Source of the DNA: Tubulanus polymorphus
Taxonomy: Eukaryota; Animalia; Nemertea
Direction: 5' to 3'
NCBI RefSeq assembly: GCF_964204645.1
Contig: NC_134031.1
Coordinates: 14,123,807-14,187,806, forward strand
DNA length: 64,000 nucleotides
Part shown: positions 12,570 to 25,774 of the stretch, piece by piece
Layout of the letters: each line of letters starts with the position of its first letter
Position numbering within the stretch: the first letter of the stretch is position 1
The notes under the pieces: generated by a model
Database searches by the model: none
What the model saw: only the letters and a program-made list of their open reading frames with translations
Told to the model about the DNA's origin: nothing
Translations under genes and position numbers: made by a program

Positions 12570-13290
12570 CATCTCAATGTATTCGTAATTTACGTGTTTT
12601 ATTTGACGATTCTTTGTCACTCGTTGACCATGTTAGTAATGTATGTAAAGCTGCGAATTTTCACTTATTATATACTATTGGTAAGATACGTAACCTACTT
12701 GATGATAAATCATGTAAAACTGCTGTAAATTCTCTGGTCACATCTCGTTTGGACTACGCAAACTCATTATTTGTTGGATCCAATAACACACTTGTTAATC
12801 GCCTGCAACTAATTCAAAATAATGCTGCAAGGCTTATAACAAGAACTAGAAAGTTTGAACATATTACACCTATTCTAATGGATCTACATTGGCTGCCAAA
12901 TGCTGTTCGATCAGAGTTCAAAATTCTTTTAACTGTCTATAAATGTCTTAATGATACTGCCCCTCAGTATTTAAAATCTCTTTTAACTGTTTACACTCAA
13001 TCACGACAACTTAGATCCAATTCAGTAACCAATAATCTAGTCATATCTAAGTCAAATCGGAAATTTGGTGAGAGGGCTTTTAGGTGTGCGGCGCCAGCAT
13101 TATGGAATGGGCTTCCTAGTCACGTTAAAACTAGTCCTACAGTTCAATCTTTTAAAAAAATAGTCTCAAAACTTTTCTTTTTAATCGAACATATTTGTCA
13201 TAACTTCTAGTCAAGTATTCCACTTAATATGTAAATTTGTTCAAATGTGTCTCTATTTTATGCATGTTTTCTTTTTAATGTCAAGCGCAA
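12570..13290 (+). mobile_element. 5'-truncated L2-clade LINE (RT C-terminus)
   Basis: ORF 12614-13210: LVTSRLDYANSLF, LQLIQNNAARLI, HITPILMDLHWLP, GERAF..AAP.LWN.LP. Confidence 0.85.
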
Positions 13291-15574
13291 TGATAATGTT
13301 TTAGACTTGGACTCTAATGACAGTGACTCAAACGCTAAAAGTGGTTCAGAAAGCGATTTTAAACCCGGAAAGAAACCGAAAGTGAACCCGGAAGTGATTT
13401 AGATGCGGAAGTAAGTGACAATAATGGTGAAAATAGTCCTGTAAGTGACGATAATACTCCTGATAGTGATGATAATCAGTCTGCTGATAGTGACAGTACT
13501 GATAATGACAATCCCCAACCCCCACCAGCACCTGTCGTCCGTGGTCGGGGACGCGGACGTGGTCGAGCTACTGCTGCTGTTAGAGGCAGGCAGGGTCGTG
13601 GAACTGGGAGAGGTCATGCCCCAGTGGTCGTAGTGGACGTGGTGGACGTGGTGGACGTGGAGGACGTGCACAAGGTGCCAACATTGATCAGGATCCTGAT
13701 TGGGCTGAAGATAGAAACCACCCCCCTCCTAACTGGTTGCCGCAGTACAACTGTCCGAATCCAGGTGAGCCAAAGTTCGTTACTACGGACTACACGCCAA
13801 TTGACTTTTTCACAAAAGCTTTTCCGGACACTATTATAGACATGCTAGTGACTGAAACAAATCGTTATTTTCAACAATATCAAAACAGTGGAAATACTAC
13901 TGATAGTGTTCTAGAAACCTGGTATAATGTCACTAGTGACGAAATGAAAGCATTCCTGGCATTGTTGTTACTGACGGGATATGGAGATCGGGGATCTTTT
14001 CGTGCACATTGGTCTACTGATAAACCAGGATTCCGAGCCGTAATGAGCCGCAATCGGTTTTTGATGCTATTACGATTCTTGCACCCTGTGAATAACAAAA
14101 CACAAATTCAAAGAGGGCAGCCTGGTTATGACAGGACATTCAAGGTCAAGTCTTTGATTGAACAGCTAGTTCGCGCATGGAATGACGCCTTCCATATGGA
14201 AATGTTTCTGTCCGTGGATGAAGGCATGATAGCCTTTAAGGGTCGAACTTCTATGTTGCAATACATCAAGAGTAAGCCTGTCAAGTGGGGCATGAAAGCA
14301 TGGATACTGGCTGGGTCGAAAACTGGTTACGCCCAACTGGTTGGACGCTGTACAAAGGAGCGGACGGTGGTCAAGTTGACCTTGGGTATCGAGTTGTTAT
14401 GGACGCATCTCAGAATGTTCGGGCTGGCCAGGTCATAACATGTGACAATTTCTTCACTAGTGTGAAACCATTTGTGGACCTAAAAGATCGAAACATTGGT
14501 GCCTGTGGCACAGTTAGGGCGAATCGTGCAGGAAATCCACTAAAACTGAAGCAGCAATTCACGGCCCGCACCAACAAACGACAATTGCAGGACATGTCGC
14601 CTTTGATGTTATGGCATAACGCGTCAGACATGTTAGCAATTAGTTGGTATGACAAACGCCCAGTTTGTGTATTGTCTACTGTTAGCAATGCAGGTGTTAC
14701 TGTGAAGCATATTCGTTCACGTGAAGGAAAGGACGGTTACAGACAAATTGAAAAACCCAATGCAATTGAGGACTACAACACATATATGGGTGGAGTTGAT
14801 CTGAATGATCAATACAACTCCTATTTCAGCATACTACATCGTTCAGTGAAATGGTGGAAAAAGGTTTTTTGCCACCTGCTTATCACAGCAGTAACAAATG
14901 CATACATAATGCACAAGGTGTCCAATGCTGCTGATGCATTGACCAGTAGACAGTTTCGTTTGGAGTTATGCCATGAACTTATTGCTGACTACCAACGTGC
15001 ACCTCATCAACCCGGTCGTCAGATTTGGCATAACGATGCACCACAGCATTAGAATGGAGGAGCACATTTTATGGAAAAACTAATGGCAGGCCTGATTGTG
15101 TTGTGTGCACACTTAGAGAGAACAAAAAGTATGTTCGCTGGCATCAGACACAAAGGCAGTGTAAAACATGTGTACCTCCTGTACCTTTGTGTGACGTACC
15201 ATGCTTTGAGATTTATCATCGTTTTGTGGATTATAAGCTGTATTGGAGGCAGAATCACATGAATAATCAGTAAGGTGAGACAAATCATGTTTATTTCAGT
15301 CTCTAAAATACTTTTATGCTTTATTTCTTGAACAGCTAATGATTTTGAGACAAAAACGACAATTTTCGTCAGAATTTTTTTTAAATATGACAAATTTGGT
15401 ATCATTAAAAAGCTTATAAAGAACTGTGCAAAAGTTTCTCATACACCAAAGCTGTATCTCTAATAGGCTGGGAGCTACAAGCATTTGAATATAGGACGTT
15501 TTCGCCTTGCAATTACCTTAAATTAATCTGGGACTGGGATAGCATGTGTAATAATTAATCCGGATATCAAAGGG
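13290..15574 (+). mobile_element. piggyBac transposon (frameshifted transposase; right end intact)
   Basis: Acidic then RG/RGG N-terminus; SVDEGMIAFKGR, KPVKWGMK, TCDNFFTS, YNTYMGGVDLNDQY; C-terminal Cys-rich domain; ends ...CAAAGGG|TTAA (15575-15578). Confidence 0.85.
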
Positions 15575-15786
15575 TTAATGGGGTTAATAAGTCTTTAGAT
15601 AATTTTATGAAAAATCTTACAAAAGAAAATCAATCTAATGACAATTTTTTCATCATTCCACAGTTCTAGCTTTGAGGTATCCACTCACTACACATGTCGC
15701 GTGCACAATCCTAATTTTCTAAGGAGTAAAAGACCAACAGGGAATGAGGATAAATTTAATAGAAATTTTTCGTCACGTAACCTCCC

Positions 15787-16630
15787 TGATGTGTCCCTCC
15801 AAAATGAAAATGAGCTTCATGATGCAGAGTTCGTAACTAGTAAGTTCAATATGTCAGAATACCGGGAACGACATAATTTATTGCAAGATACATATGGATA
15901 AGAGACGGAGAAAAACATTCACCAAGGAATCATTGTGACAGGCCTACTGTAGTAGAAAGCTAGTACTATGAAATAGAATACCACAGCATGTAACAACAAA
16001 GCTGCAGGTCTGTTTCTATTTCTTAATTCTATTCAATCAGATTACTAATTTGATGTAGCGTATTTGTGATCACGAACATAATTAATACTTTTCACATATT
16101 TGAATTTAGTTATTACATCTATATAGGTTATGTTTTGACGATTACATTGACTTTTCTAGGAGGAAAGATGGAGTTACTGAAAAAGCAAAGAACTAGTTCA
16201 CAAGGAAAAGATATAGGTAATTTGAAAATAACGACATGAAAGCTGTAACACGTCTCATTTTAGCGCTTTAACATATTAATAATCTACTATTTTTAGACGC
16301 CATTTTTCATGGAGGAAAGATCGACGAGGGTAAAGCGATGCCAAGGCTGCCCTACAGATCTTAAATGGTTAGTTGGTTATTTCCACCCTGACGCCACTGG
16401 TATTTTGAGAAAATACCCTGAATTTGATGGAAATATATTTATGCCTTCAGATCTTGTTATATCTGATGAAGAATGTATTGAAATTTTGCAAAAGGGCTTA
16501 AAACCAATGTATTAATGGTTTGTCATTTTATGAAATTCTATCTTCGTAAGAATCTAAATATTATCATAGTGGATTTTCCATTTTGCAGTTATGAATTCCA
16601 ATTATTAATTGTGATATTGATTATTGATTG
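15787..16630 (+). repeat. Tandem duplication unit 1 (844 bp)
   Basis: Near-identical to 16631-16725 + 25039-25774; both copies give the ORF MEERSTRVKRCQ(G/S)CPTDL.... Confidence 0.9.
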
Positions 16631-19600
16631 TGATGTGTCCCCCCAAAATGAAAATGAGCTTCATGATGCAGAGTTCGTAAGTAGTAAGTTCAATATGTCA
16701 GAATACCGGGAACGACATAATTTAAAGGGTAACTGACACTTTTTTTTTTATTTCAAAATTCGATAAGTTCTATCGAACTAAGGAAGACTTTGAAATAGTT
16801 CTGTTCAAAAATGTGTAGTTTCCGCGAAAATCGTGATTTTGTAAGACAATTTTTGACCTCATTTCGTTGTATACATCGCGTTAGAAATCATCGGCAATTT
16901 CCGTCGATCTCCGGCGCTGTGACGTCAATAAAGTGAGCACTGAAAATTCTCTTCTATGAGATAACGTTGCGTTTTTACTACTCGGCGTGTTTTCACTGCT
17001 TTTTCTCAAATGCCAAATCGTTGTGTTTGCTTTGGGTGCGATTATTCGGATAGGGGTATATATCCTGTTCTTCGAGAAAAATGGGCTTCTTTTGTAGGTT
17101 TAAAGCGATTGAATTGGAGCGGCCCAACGTCGAATAGCGTCGTGTGTTACCGGCATTTTACCAACGATGATTTCGTTAATAAAATGCAGTATGATGCACA
17201 ATTTGCAAAGAGGTAAGTTTCATTCAGTCATCTTAACATTTATTCGAGACATGGTTTGAGAATAATTATTGTATGGGCTTGAAAATCACTGTTAAAAGGG
17301 TCGCATTTTCAAGTCCAATTCAAATCAATAAAATTTATTTTTTCCACGCGCGGTATCCAATTCATAATTTTTTATGTCAAAATGCCGTTTAACTTTTGTT
17401 TGCTAAGCGTGATTGTAAAACCATGCCTTCTAGGTCAGCTTACATCGTGTGACAATAGAAACATCTTTTCATTGAACTACTACTATAGGCCACAGTGCAT
17501 TGGCCATCGTACAATAGGCTTTTATTGTCATTGTGAGTGCCTTACTTCACTCACTAACTACAATAACAAAATGAATATTTCACGAGCCTTGTGAATTAAC
17601 GGTTGCCTTTTGCTTGAAATAGATTGTTGCTGAAACAAGGAGCCGTGCCATCGATCCACACTGTGATAGAAACCCCTGAATCTACATCTCAACCAGAGGA
17701 TTTCTTCTCGCCACCACGAAAGCCTGGACGAAAAGTGTTTGAGAAGAGGGAGAGACGGCGAGTCATTGCTGAGACTGAGAGCCAGGTTTTGCATAATCTT
17801 CAACCAAATTTGGTTGAAGATTATGCAAAACCTGGTGAAGATGACGGCGGGGAAGTGTATGCGGAACCCGGTATCAAATCAGAGTTCGAGGCGACAAGAG
17901 AATTTGCTGTGCAGGCTGAACCGGATTGTAAATCTCGAGGTAGGATTTTCATGATGGTATGGTGTATCATTGTCATTCAGTTTTGAATATATCACTGTAA
18001 TCATTGAATTTCATGTTATTTAATGATAATTTTTTCTAGGGATGCAAACGCTGAAAGAAACTGCACAGGTGAAGACCAAAATTGTGTACCGCATCAAACC
18101 TAAGATTATCTACAGAACGCCATTTAAGGCTCAGCGTTCAGTTGGAATCCAGGAAAATGCATTGAGTGAGTATTCTTTATTCAGTCTATATCGTATTATG
18201 GTACGGCTTGTATTATGGGGTTTTTTATGATATCATCTATTCTCCCTATCTATTTAATCCTACTACTGTGATTGGTCTGTTTTAGCCCGAAACATTGGTA
18301 TTCAATGTAAGCGACCTGCTGAAGAACTTACAAATACCTCAAAAGCCATTTGTATTGGAGAAGAATCAGATTTAGGGAGTGACAGTGAAGATGATGACTA
18401 TCATCCAGATTCGGCAGAAGAGTCAGAGATGGACAGTGGCTCTGAGGATGATTCTGAAGGCAGAGTTATGTTTGAAGAAATGAGGTTAGTAAAGTATAAT
18501 ATTTTAATCATGAATGATATTTTCCTTTCTTTTGTATAAAACTTCATTTATCATTGCAGTGATGAATCGGATAAGTCGTATAAAGACCAAACCAAGATTA
18601 TTGTGTTCCAGTCAGCAATTCTGCAGCTGTTACAATACTGCCGGCGCTGTGGAAGAGAGAACCAAGTTTGGAAGAGGCACAGAGGAACAATGTTGACTGT
18701 CAGAACAAATTGTTTGAATTGTGGTGAAACTACTGAATGGTCCAGCCAACCAACAGTTGCTCGAGGAATTCCTATATTGGATGTTTTATTAAGTGCCATG
18801 GTTCTTTTAACAGGAAGTTTGCCCACAAAAGTTTTTCGACTGTTCAAGTAAGTTGCAGTAAAAACAATACTTTCAGTCTAATCAAACATAATTTTTTAAA
18901 GTTATAAATGTAATGGTCAATCCAATTTCAGTTTCATGAATATAAAGGCTCAGAGTACGAGGACATATTTCCGGTACCAGAAAAACTATCTTCACGATGC
19001 TGTTTCATCTGTGTGGGAAGCAAGTAGATCGGCACTTGTCAACAAATTACCAGGGCCACGATTGCTTGCTGGTGATGGACGTTGCGATTCTATGGGTCAT
19101 TCTGCTAAATTTGGAAGTTACACTCTGATGGATTTAATAACTAACAAAGTGATCGCGTTTCAACTTGTTCAGGTATGTCAGAACCATAAAATCTTGCTTT
19201 TTCCTGAATTTAAAACAGTGAAAGGTTTACGTCTATCTTTGTTATTGATTTTTTTAGTCGAATGAGGTAAAGAATTCAAATGCAATGGAATTGGAAGGCT
19301 TAAAGCGTTGCCGAATACAGATAGGAAACCTGAAAGTGATGGCATTTATTTCGGATATGCACATTCAAATTACTAAATGGACAAGGGAAGTTTGGAATGT
19401 AGCTCACTATTATGACTGCTGGCACGTTGTTAAAAGTAAGTTCAAAAATTCTTTGTGTAGAATTTACATATCACTCACGGAATCAAAAATGAGACGAAAT
19501 ACTAATTTTTCATTTCAAGGTATAACTAAGAAACTAGAAATAATGTCGAGGAAAAAGGAATGTGAAGAAATCAAGGATTGGATAAAGTCAATAAAATGTC

Positions 19601-20256
19601 ATTTGTACTGGTGCGCTGCATGCATCATCATCACCCGGGGATAAAGAAGGCATCAGTAAAAAATGGTCATCAGCAGTCAAACACATCCAAGACAATCATG
19701 AAGACTGCAGCCATGAACCCATAACATCAGAAAAGAAATGGCTTTATCCAGGTAAGATATTATCTATTGCAACTACTGAATCAGAAATTATATCTAATTT
19801 CATGTGATGAAACATTTGATGTACTATTTACAGGATCTTTGGTTGGTGATTCTATGCAAAAATATCTGACGAATACACGGGTTATAAATAAAGTGAAGAT
19901 GATGTCACCATACGGCCAGACCAGTAAACTGGAGTGTCTTCACAGTTTATTCAATCATTTTGCCCCGAAGATGATTCAGTTTTCTTACAATGGAATGACA
20001 AGCAGGTAAGCAAAGTATATAACAATTGAGTGATTTCTATTTTTTCATACATATGTCCCTGCTAAGACTTATATCAATGTCTTATGTCTTCTCTTAGGTT
20101 ACAAATAGCTGCCCTACATTTCAATGAGAATAGTGACAGAATACAAGGCACAAAGATTGATGGGACAAAAAAATATAGCATTGTCTATCCAAAATACAAG
20201 GACACCCACACATTACGAAAACTACTCACTGATGCCACTTATGGTGAATATTAAAA

Positions 20257-22937
20257 CCCTGGGACGCCCACCGTCCCATATATGGAACACCCCCTTCAAC
20301 CCCCCTTTAAAAAAAATTGTGTGAAGATTTGATCGAATTATAATATTTTGCTACCACTTCTGCCCGGTGTCCCACCCGCGGCACACGAACAGAAGCTGGT
20401 TGCGACATCTTCCGTCTGTGCAGTGCATTCAACATGGCCGCGCCCATGAAATTGGGATGACGCAAATTCGAATCAAAATTATCGTGAAAATTTCGCATGG
20501 AATCAGGTAATTAGACCACTTTTGTAATGTTATTTTACTAAAACAAATAATAAAGAATAATTAGAGTCATTGTTATCGCGTGTAGCTGATAAAGTGAAGT
20601 GTGTAAAGCCGATGTTTTAGTGGTGTCCCACCCGTGGAACACCGGGCAGAAATGTTTGGTGTCAGCATGATTGATAAGATTTTTTGTATGGAACTTTTTG
20701 GGTTTGTATGGACTGCAGCACTATGATTTAGCCTTTTTATGCCCTCATGGCTAATGTTTTGATTCTTTTCTGTATTTTTAGTGATTTGGTGAATACTTGA
20801 GTCTCATCATGAAAAACCATGTCTAGACAAAATAAAAAAGCATTCAGTTTGGTTCAAGTTCTGGATGTAATTGATGACGACGATAGTGATTTTGGCAATG
20901 ACCCTAAATCTGATGATGATGATGGCTGGGGCAGCGATGATGATTATGACGGAAATGCAGGGGAATCTGATATTGATAGCGACGATGGTGATGAGGATGC
21001 CGATGGCGAAAGCGATGACGATGTTCCGCTTGCTCAATTAGCTGGTGTGAGTCAGGTAGTGAGCCGTACAAAAACTGATTGTAAGTGGGTGAAAAAAAAA
21101 TTCACACCTCCAGTTATAAACTTTACTGGCCCAGCCGTTGAACCTATATGCCGTGGGGTTGAACTTGAGACGCCGTTGTGGTATTTTAGCCAGTTCATAA
21201 CAAGGGACATGTTAGATTTGATTGTGGAAAATACAAATTTATATAGTGCACAAGTATTAGGCCCAGATAAATCGGTAAATACAAACTACAAAGAGATTGA
21301 ACTATTCCTAGGAATTTATTTGAGAATGGGTCTAATACAGTTGAGATCTGTTCGCATGTATTGGGAAGTGAATCTTCGCATCCCGTTTATCGCAGATGTG
21401 ATGCCGCGAAATAGGTTCGAGACCTTGCAGCGGTATTTACACTTTGTCAATAATGAAGCTGTAACGGATGATATGAAGAAAAATAAAGTGTGGAAGTTGC
21501 AGCCATTTATTGATAAATTTCGACAACAATGTCTTCTCGTGACTCCAGAACAGTACCAGTGCGTTGACGAGCAAATGATCAGCTATAAAGGGAAGTTTAG
21601 TGGAATTCGTCAATATATCCGAGGAAAACCTCATCCGTGGGGGTTCAAAATGTGGGCCAGGTGCGGTAGCGATGGCTTTTTACATGATTTCGAGATGTAT
21701 CAAGGAAAAAATAGTGCCGAACAACGGGTTGATTCTCTTGGAACTCATATTGTCTTCAAACTATGCCAATCCCTTGCCGATAACTGTGGTTATATAGTTT
21801 TTGCTGATAACCTGTTCACCTCATTACAACTTTTGTTGAAGTTGGTACAACGCGGAATTTATTATGTTGGTACAGTTAGGGCAAATCGTGTTAGTGGTTG
21901 TCCACTCAAAACCGATAATCAGCTGAAAACCAGAGGTGAATATGATTATTATGTAGAGAACAAAGAAAATGTAGTATGCTGTCGCTGGAAGGACACAAAG
22001 GCGGTAACTTTGATGTCAACGTATGTAGGACCTGAACCGTTGGACCTGAACCGTTAGACAAATGTAAACGATGGGATAAGACTGCCAAAGCCTATAAGGA
22101 GATCAGTCGGCCATTCATGGTAAAAGAGTATAATAACCACATGGGTGGTGAAGATATGCTAGACGCATATTTGGCTAAATGTAAATTTCGTATGAGAACG
22201 AAACGATGGTATACCATATTGTTTTGGAATTATGTTAGTATAGCTTGTATCAATGCATGGCTACTTTATAAGCGCGATGCAAATCTCCTTGGTACGCCCA
22301 GTAAAATAAAACTCCGCGTATTTCAAACTCAGGTAGCAAAAGCATTAGTTACATGTGGCATGGCAAAGAGAAGGGGACGGCCATCGGATGCAGCAGGTTC
22401 ACCATCACAATATGTTCCTCCAAAAATGATACGCGTTTTGCCAGACGTTGACAGCCGATATGATCAGGTTGCTCATTGGCCTGTGAAGGCAGATAAAAGG
22501 GCCCGTTGCGTAGTTTGTAGTTCTAAAACGGACACCAGATGTGAGAAATGTGAAGTTCTCCTTTGTTTTACTGAAAACCGTAACTGTTATAGAGCATATC
22601 ATATAAAATAACTGTAAATTGAGCGATGTCCGAGGTTAGCCGAGGAGTTCATTTATAGCCATTTGTAGTTATTATACAATAGTGGAATAAGAATAAAAGT
22701 TGATTGATATTATAGCATACATTAGTGGCCTAATTAGTGTTCTTTGTTGAATCAAGTTAAGTATTAGTACAAGTCATAAATGCCCGGTGTTCCATATATG
22801 GGACAGCTCAGAAAAGTAGGTCATCACCCTTGGTTACCAAAATTTTTGATAGGGATAAACTATTTGCACCATATTTAGGCTAGTCCCAAAGGTATATAAT
22901 TTTCAGCAAATTTTTTGGTACTTTGGGCATCCCAGGG
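20257..22937 (+). mobile_element. piggyBac transposon nested in a Kolobok intron
   Basis: TIR CCCTGGGACGCCCA / TGGGCATCCCAGGG; right flank TTAA, left flank TTAAAA; subterminal IR GTCCCATATATGGAACACC. Confidence 0.92.
20819..22611 (+). pseudogene. piggyBac transposase broken by a 14-bp tandem duplication
   Basis: CVDEQM, FADNLFTS, YNNHMGGED, C-terminal Cys-rich domain; GGACCTGAACCGTT duplicated at 22028-22055. Confidence 0.9.
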
Positions 22938-23859
22938 TTAAAGTCATTAACTAAACTTATGTAAATAATTCATTACCAAACACATTGTTGGCTAACAGTG
23001 TTTTTTATTTCAGAATATGTCGACATTTGCTGGAACAAGATACTCGAGGACGTGGAAGAAGCAGATAGGCCGAGGAAAATAATCACAGTACCACCAAATC
23101 TCACATCAAACAAAGAAAAAATCACCAAAGAGGAAGCCATCGCAATGCACAGGACAAGATTCAAAAAAACTAATAGATGATTGAATGGTAAGTCTCTTGA
23201 CATTTGTATTGAAGGTATAATTTCATTTAAAATTGTAATACATGCACATGAAAACATGACAATTATATTGATTTTCTTAAAAAATACATTCTTTTTAGGT
23301 CTGCGGAAAAAATGATGACCCGAAGTGATGATTTAATTCGAAAAATAATGTACGAAGAAATATATTTGAAATTTGGCAGTTCAAAGATACCGAGTACGTT
23401 TTATTTCAACATCAGGAATCATGATATATCTTGTATTCGTTTTATAATTCAACCTAAAATATTTTTCATGTCTTTTTCAGGTGATAAAGACAAAATATCT
23501 ACATTTGCATGGGAAGATTAATGGTGAAACTACAAGTCTAAGTGAAAGTTGTAGACACCAGTTCACTCAATAAATGATCTGTAGAAAATTGATAGGAAAC
23601 TGAAAATAAAATTATTGATCTGCTTAAGCATAACAAAACTGCTCCTTACTTGAACAATTAATTGCGATCAGATGTTTAAATTAGAACTCAATGGATTGAA
23701 AGCAAAACGTTTTATACATTATAAATATGCAATAAAATTTATATTTTATATCTAAGCGATGTCATTGTTTTATTAAAATATCTGTAAGAAAAGCACAAGT
23801 TAAGAAGAATATATAAACATCGTTAGAATTTTTAAGTTGAATTCTTCTATTTTAATTCA

Positions 23860-24809
23860 TTATGGTCCATCAATCGACACATTACGAAATCCTTTATATA
23901 AATGGTCCTCCTCATAACCGTCCTCAGGGAAATGTGCGCGGATGCACGAAACGACACAAGCAGGCAAAATTCTCCTATTCTCCTTGCCCAAATATCCCCA
24001 ACACCACCGAACAAATGATCTGTATGCTACATGTCTTAATTTCGCATTTGCTGGCCCTTCAAAACTTTTCCGTCCGTACTGCCGTTGAAATTCGGTCCAC
24101 ATCAGCTGCAGGACCCAAGGGTTCAAACAGATCGAAGCGAAAGCTGCTGTGTCCGTCATGCAGGTCTCTTCATTTTGTCCGGACTCCTCCCAAACCCATT
24201 CCAGTCTTCTTTTCACGACATCAATCTCCATACAGCACACACACTCTTGCTCCGTCTCTAAGATCTGACAGTGTCCACATTGGCACCTAAAAACATTATC
24301 CATAAAAATATTTTTAAGGTATGGATATAGGTATCTACTTGTTGTAAGCCTATGCTGATGCAATGCAGTGCAAGAATAGTCCAGCAGTGCCAGCACAACG
24401 ACGTTGAATCGCACTGAGCTTTTGAAACGAACATGATAAGATTCTCTCAACTTCGCCAACAAAGCTCAAAAACCTATAATTAAATCTACGGCTTAATGAA
24501 TCTTAAAATATATATTTTTAAGTTAATTGTTATATGAACATACCACTGATTCAGATTATCCAGCTCCAAACGGTTTATTCGGCCTTCGTCGTCGTCTCCC
24601 TCTGCCTCCGGTCTGGGTCCATCGCCGTTTCGCTTCGGTTCTGCCTCTGGTTCGTATAAATACGGCCCGATCATTAATTCCTCTTCGTCACTTGTTTCCT
24701 GCCATTCAAAATCACTAAGCGATTCATCTGAATTTGATGCCGAAGTGGCATTAAATTCAGATGAATCGCTCCCATTGTCCGATTCTCTATTCATTTCTAT
24801 AGACGCCAT
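23860..24809 (-). CDS. KolX-like / P2X7 C-terminal ballast (Zn-coordinating) domain protein, 2 exons (24809-24544, 24286-23860), ~230 aa
   Basis: Spliced W|CQCGHC, ECVCCMEI, C.T..F..ICLN, LRHVAYRSFVRWCWGYLGKENRRILPACVVSCIRAHFP...YKGF; acidic N-terminus with PYLYEP; open frame after GT-AG splicing. Confidence 0.85.
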
Positions 24810-25038
24810 TATTGAGTCGCTGCCTTTAATGACGTAGTTCTATAAATAGCCCGCAGTACACGTGTTTTTCCGGAACGATGTAAACAAAACGAGGCGCGCG
24901 AAAATCAAAATCATCAAATATCATTATAAATTGAAATTTTTTCCGATCTTTCAAATTGTCAATCTCAATAGTATACTATAATGAATCATTTTATTCCAAA
25001 AGTAGAAAATTCTTGAAAAAGTGTCAGTTACCCTTTAA

Positions 25039-25774
25039 TGCAAGATACATACGGATAAGAGACGGAGAAAAACATTCACCAAGGAATCATTGTGACAGGC
25101 CTACTGTAGTAGAAAGCTAGTACTATGAAATAGAATACCACAGCATGTAACAACAAAGCTGCAGGTCTGTTTCTATTTCTTAATTCTATTCAATCAGATT
25201 ACTAATTTGATGTAGCGTATTTGTGCTCACGAACATAATTAATACTTTTCACATATTTGAATTTAGTTATTACATCTATATAGGTTATGTTTTGACGATT
25301 ACATTGACTTTTCTAGGAGGAAAGATGGAGTTACTGAAAAAGCAAAGAACTAGTTAACAAGGAAAAGATATAGGTAATTTGAAATTAACGACATGAAAGC
25401 TGTAACACGTCTCATTTTAGCGCTTTAACATATTAATAATCTACTATTTTTAGACGCCATTTTTCATGGAGGAAAGATCGACGAGGGTAAAGCGATGCCA
25501 AAGCTGCCCTACAGATCTTAAATGGTTAGTTGGTTATTTCCACCCTGACGCCACTGGTATCTTGAGAAAATACCCTGAATTTGATGGAAATATCTTTATG
25601 CCTTCAGATCTTGTTATATCTGATGAAGAATGTATTGAAATTTTGCAAAAGGGCTTAAAACCAATGTATTAATGGTTTGTCATTTTATGAAATTCTATCT
25701 TCGTAAGAATCTAAATATTATCATAGTGGATATTCCATTTAGCAGTTATGAATTCCAATTATTAATTGTGATAT
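25039..25774 (+). repeat. Remainder of tandem duplication unit 2 (split by the Kolobok insertion)
   Basis: Near-identical to 15882-16617. Confidence 0.9.

Larger units (their letters stand above)
17010..23180 (+). pseudogene. Multi-exon THAP + DDE Kolobok transposase (one 4-bp frameshift)
   Basis: THAP-like MPNRCVCFGC...W...VCYRHF; LAGDGRCDSMGHSAKFGSYTLMD, MELEGL, HYYDCWHVVK, QTSKLECLHS; C-terminal PPNL..KEEAI..RF; GT-AG introns; TGCA duplication at 19617-19624. Confidence 0.88.
16726..25034 (+). mobile_element. Kolobok DNA transposon (transposase + convergent KolX-like gene)
   Basis: TIR AGGGTAACTGACACTTTTT at both ends; TTAA TSD (16722-16725, 25035-25038). Confidence 0.92.

Noticed and set aside
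13346-13839. Low-complexity ORFs (His-, Val- and Ile-rich)
   Set aside because: Alternative frames of the acidic/RGG piggyBac N-terminus.
16297-16515. Exon-like ORF with VKRCQGC...PSDLVI, duplicated at 25466
   Set aside because: Adjacent exon-like pieces contain stops and I cannot assign a family, so it is reported only as a repeat.
24287-24462. N-terminal part of ORF 23860-24462
   Set aside because: Falls in the predicted intron; the real N-terminus is exon 24809-24544.
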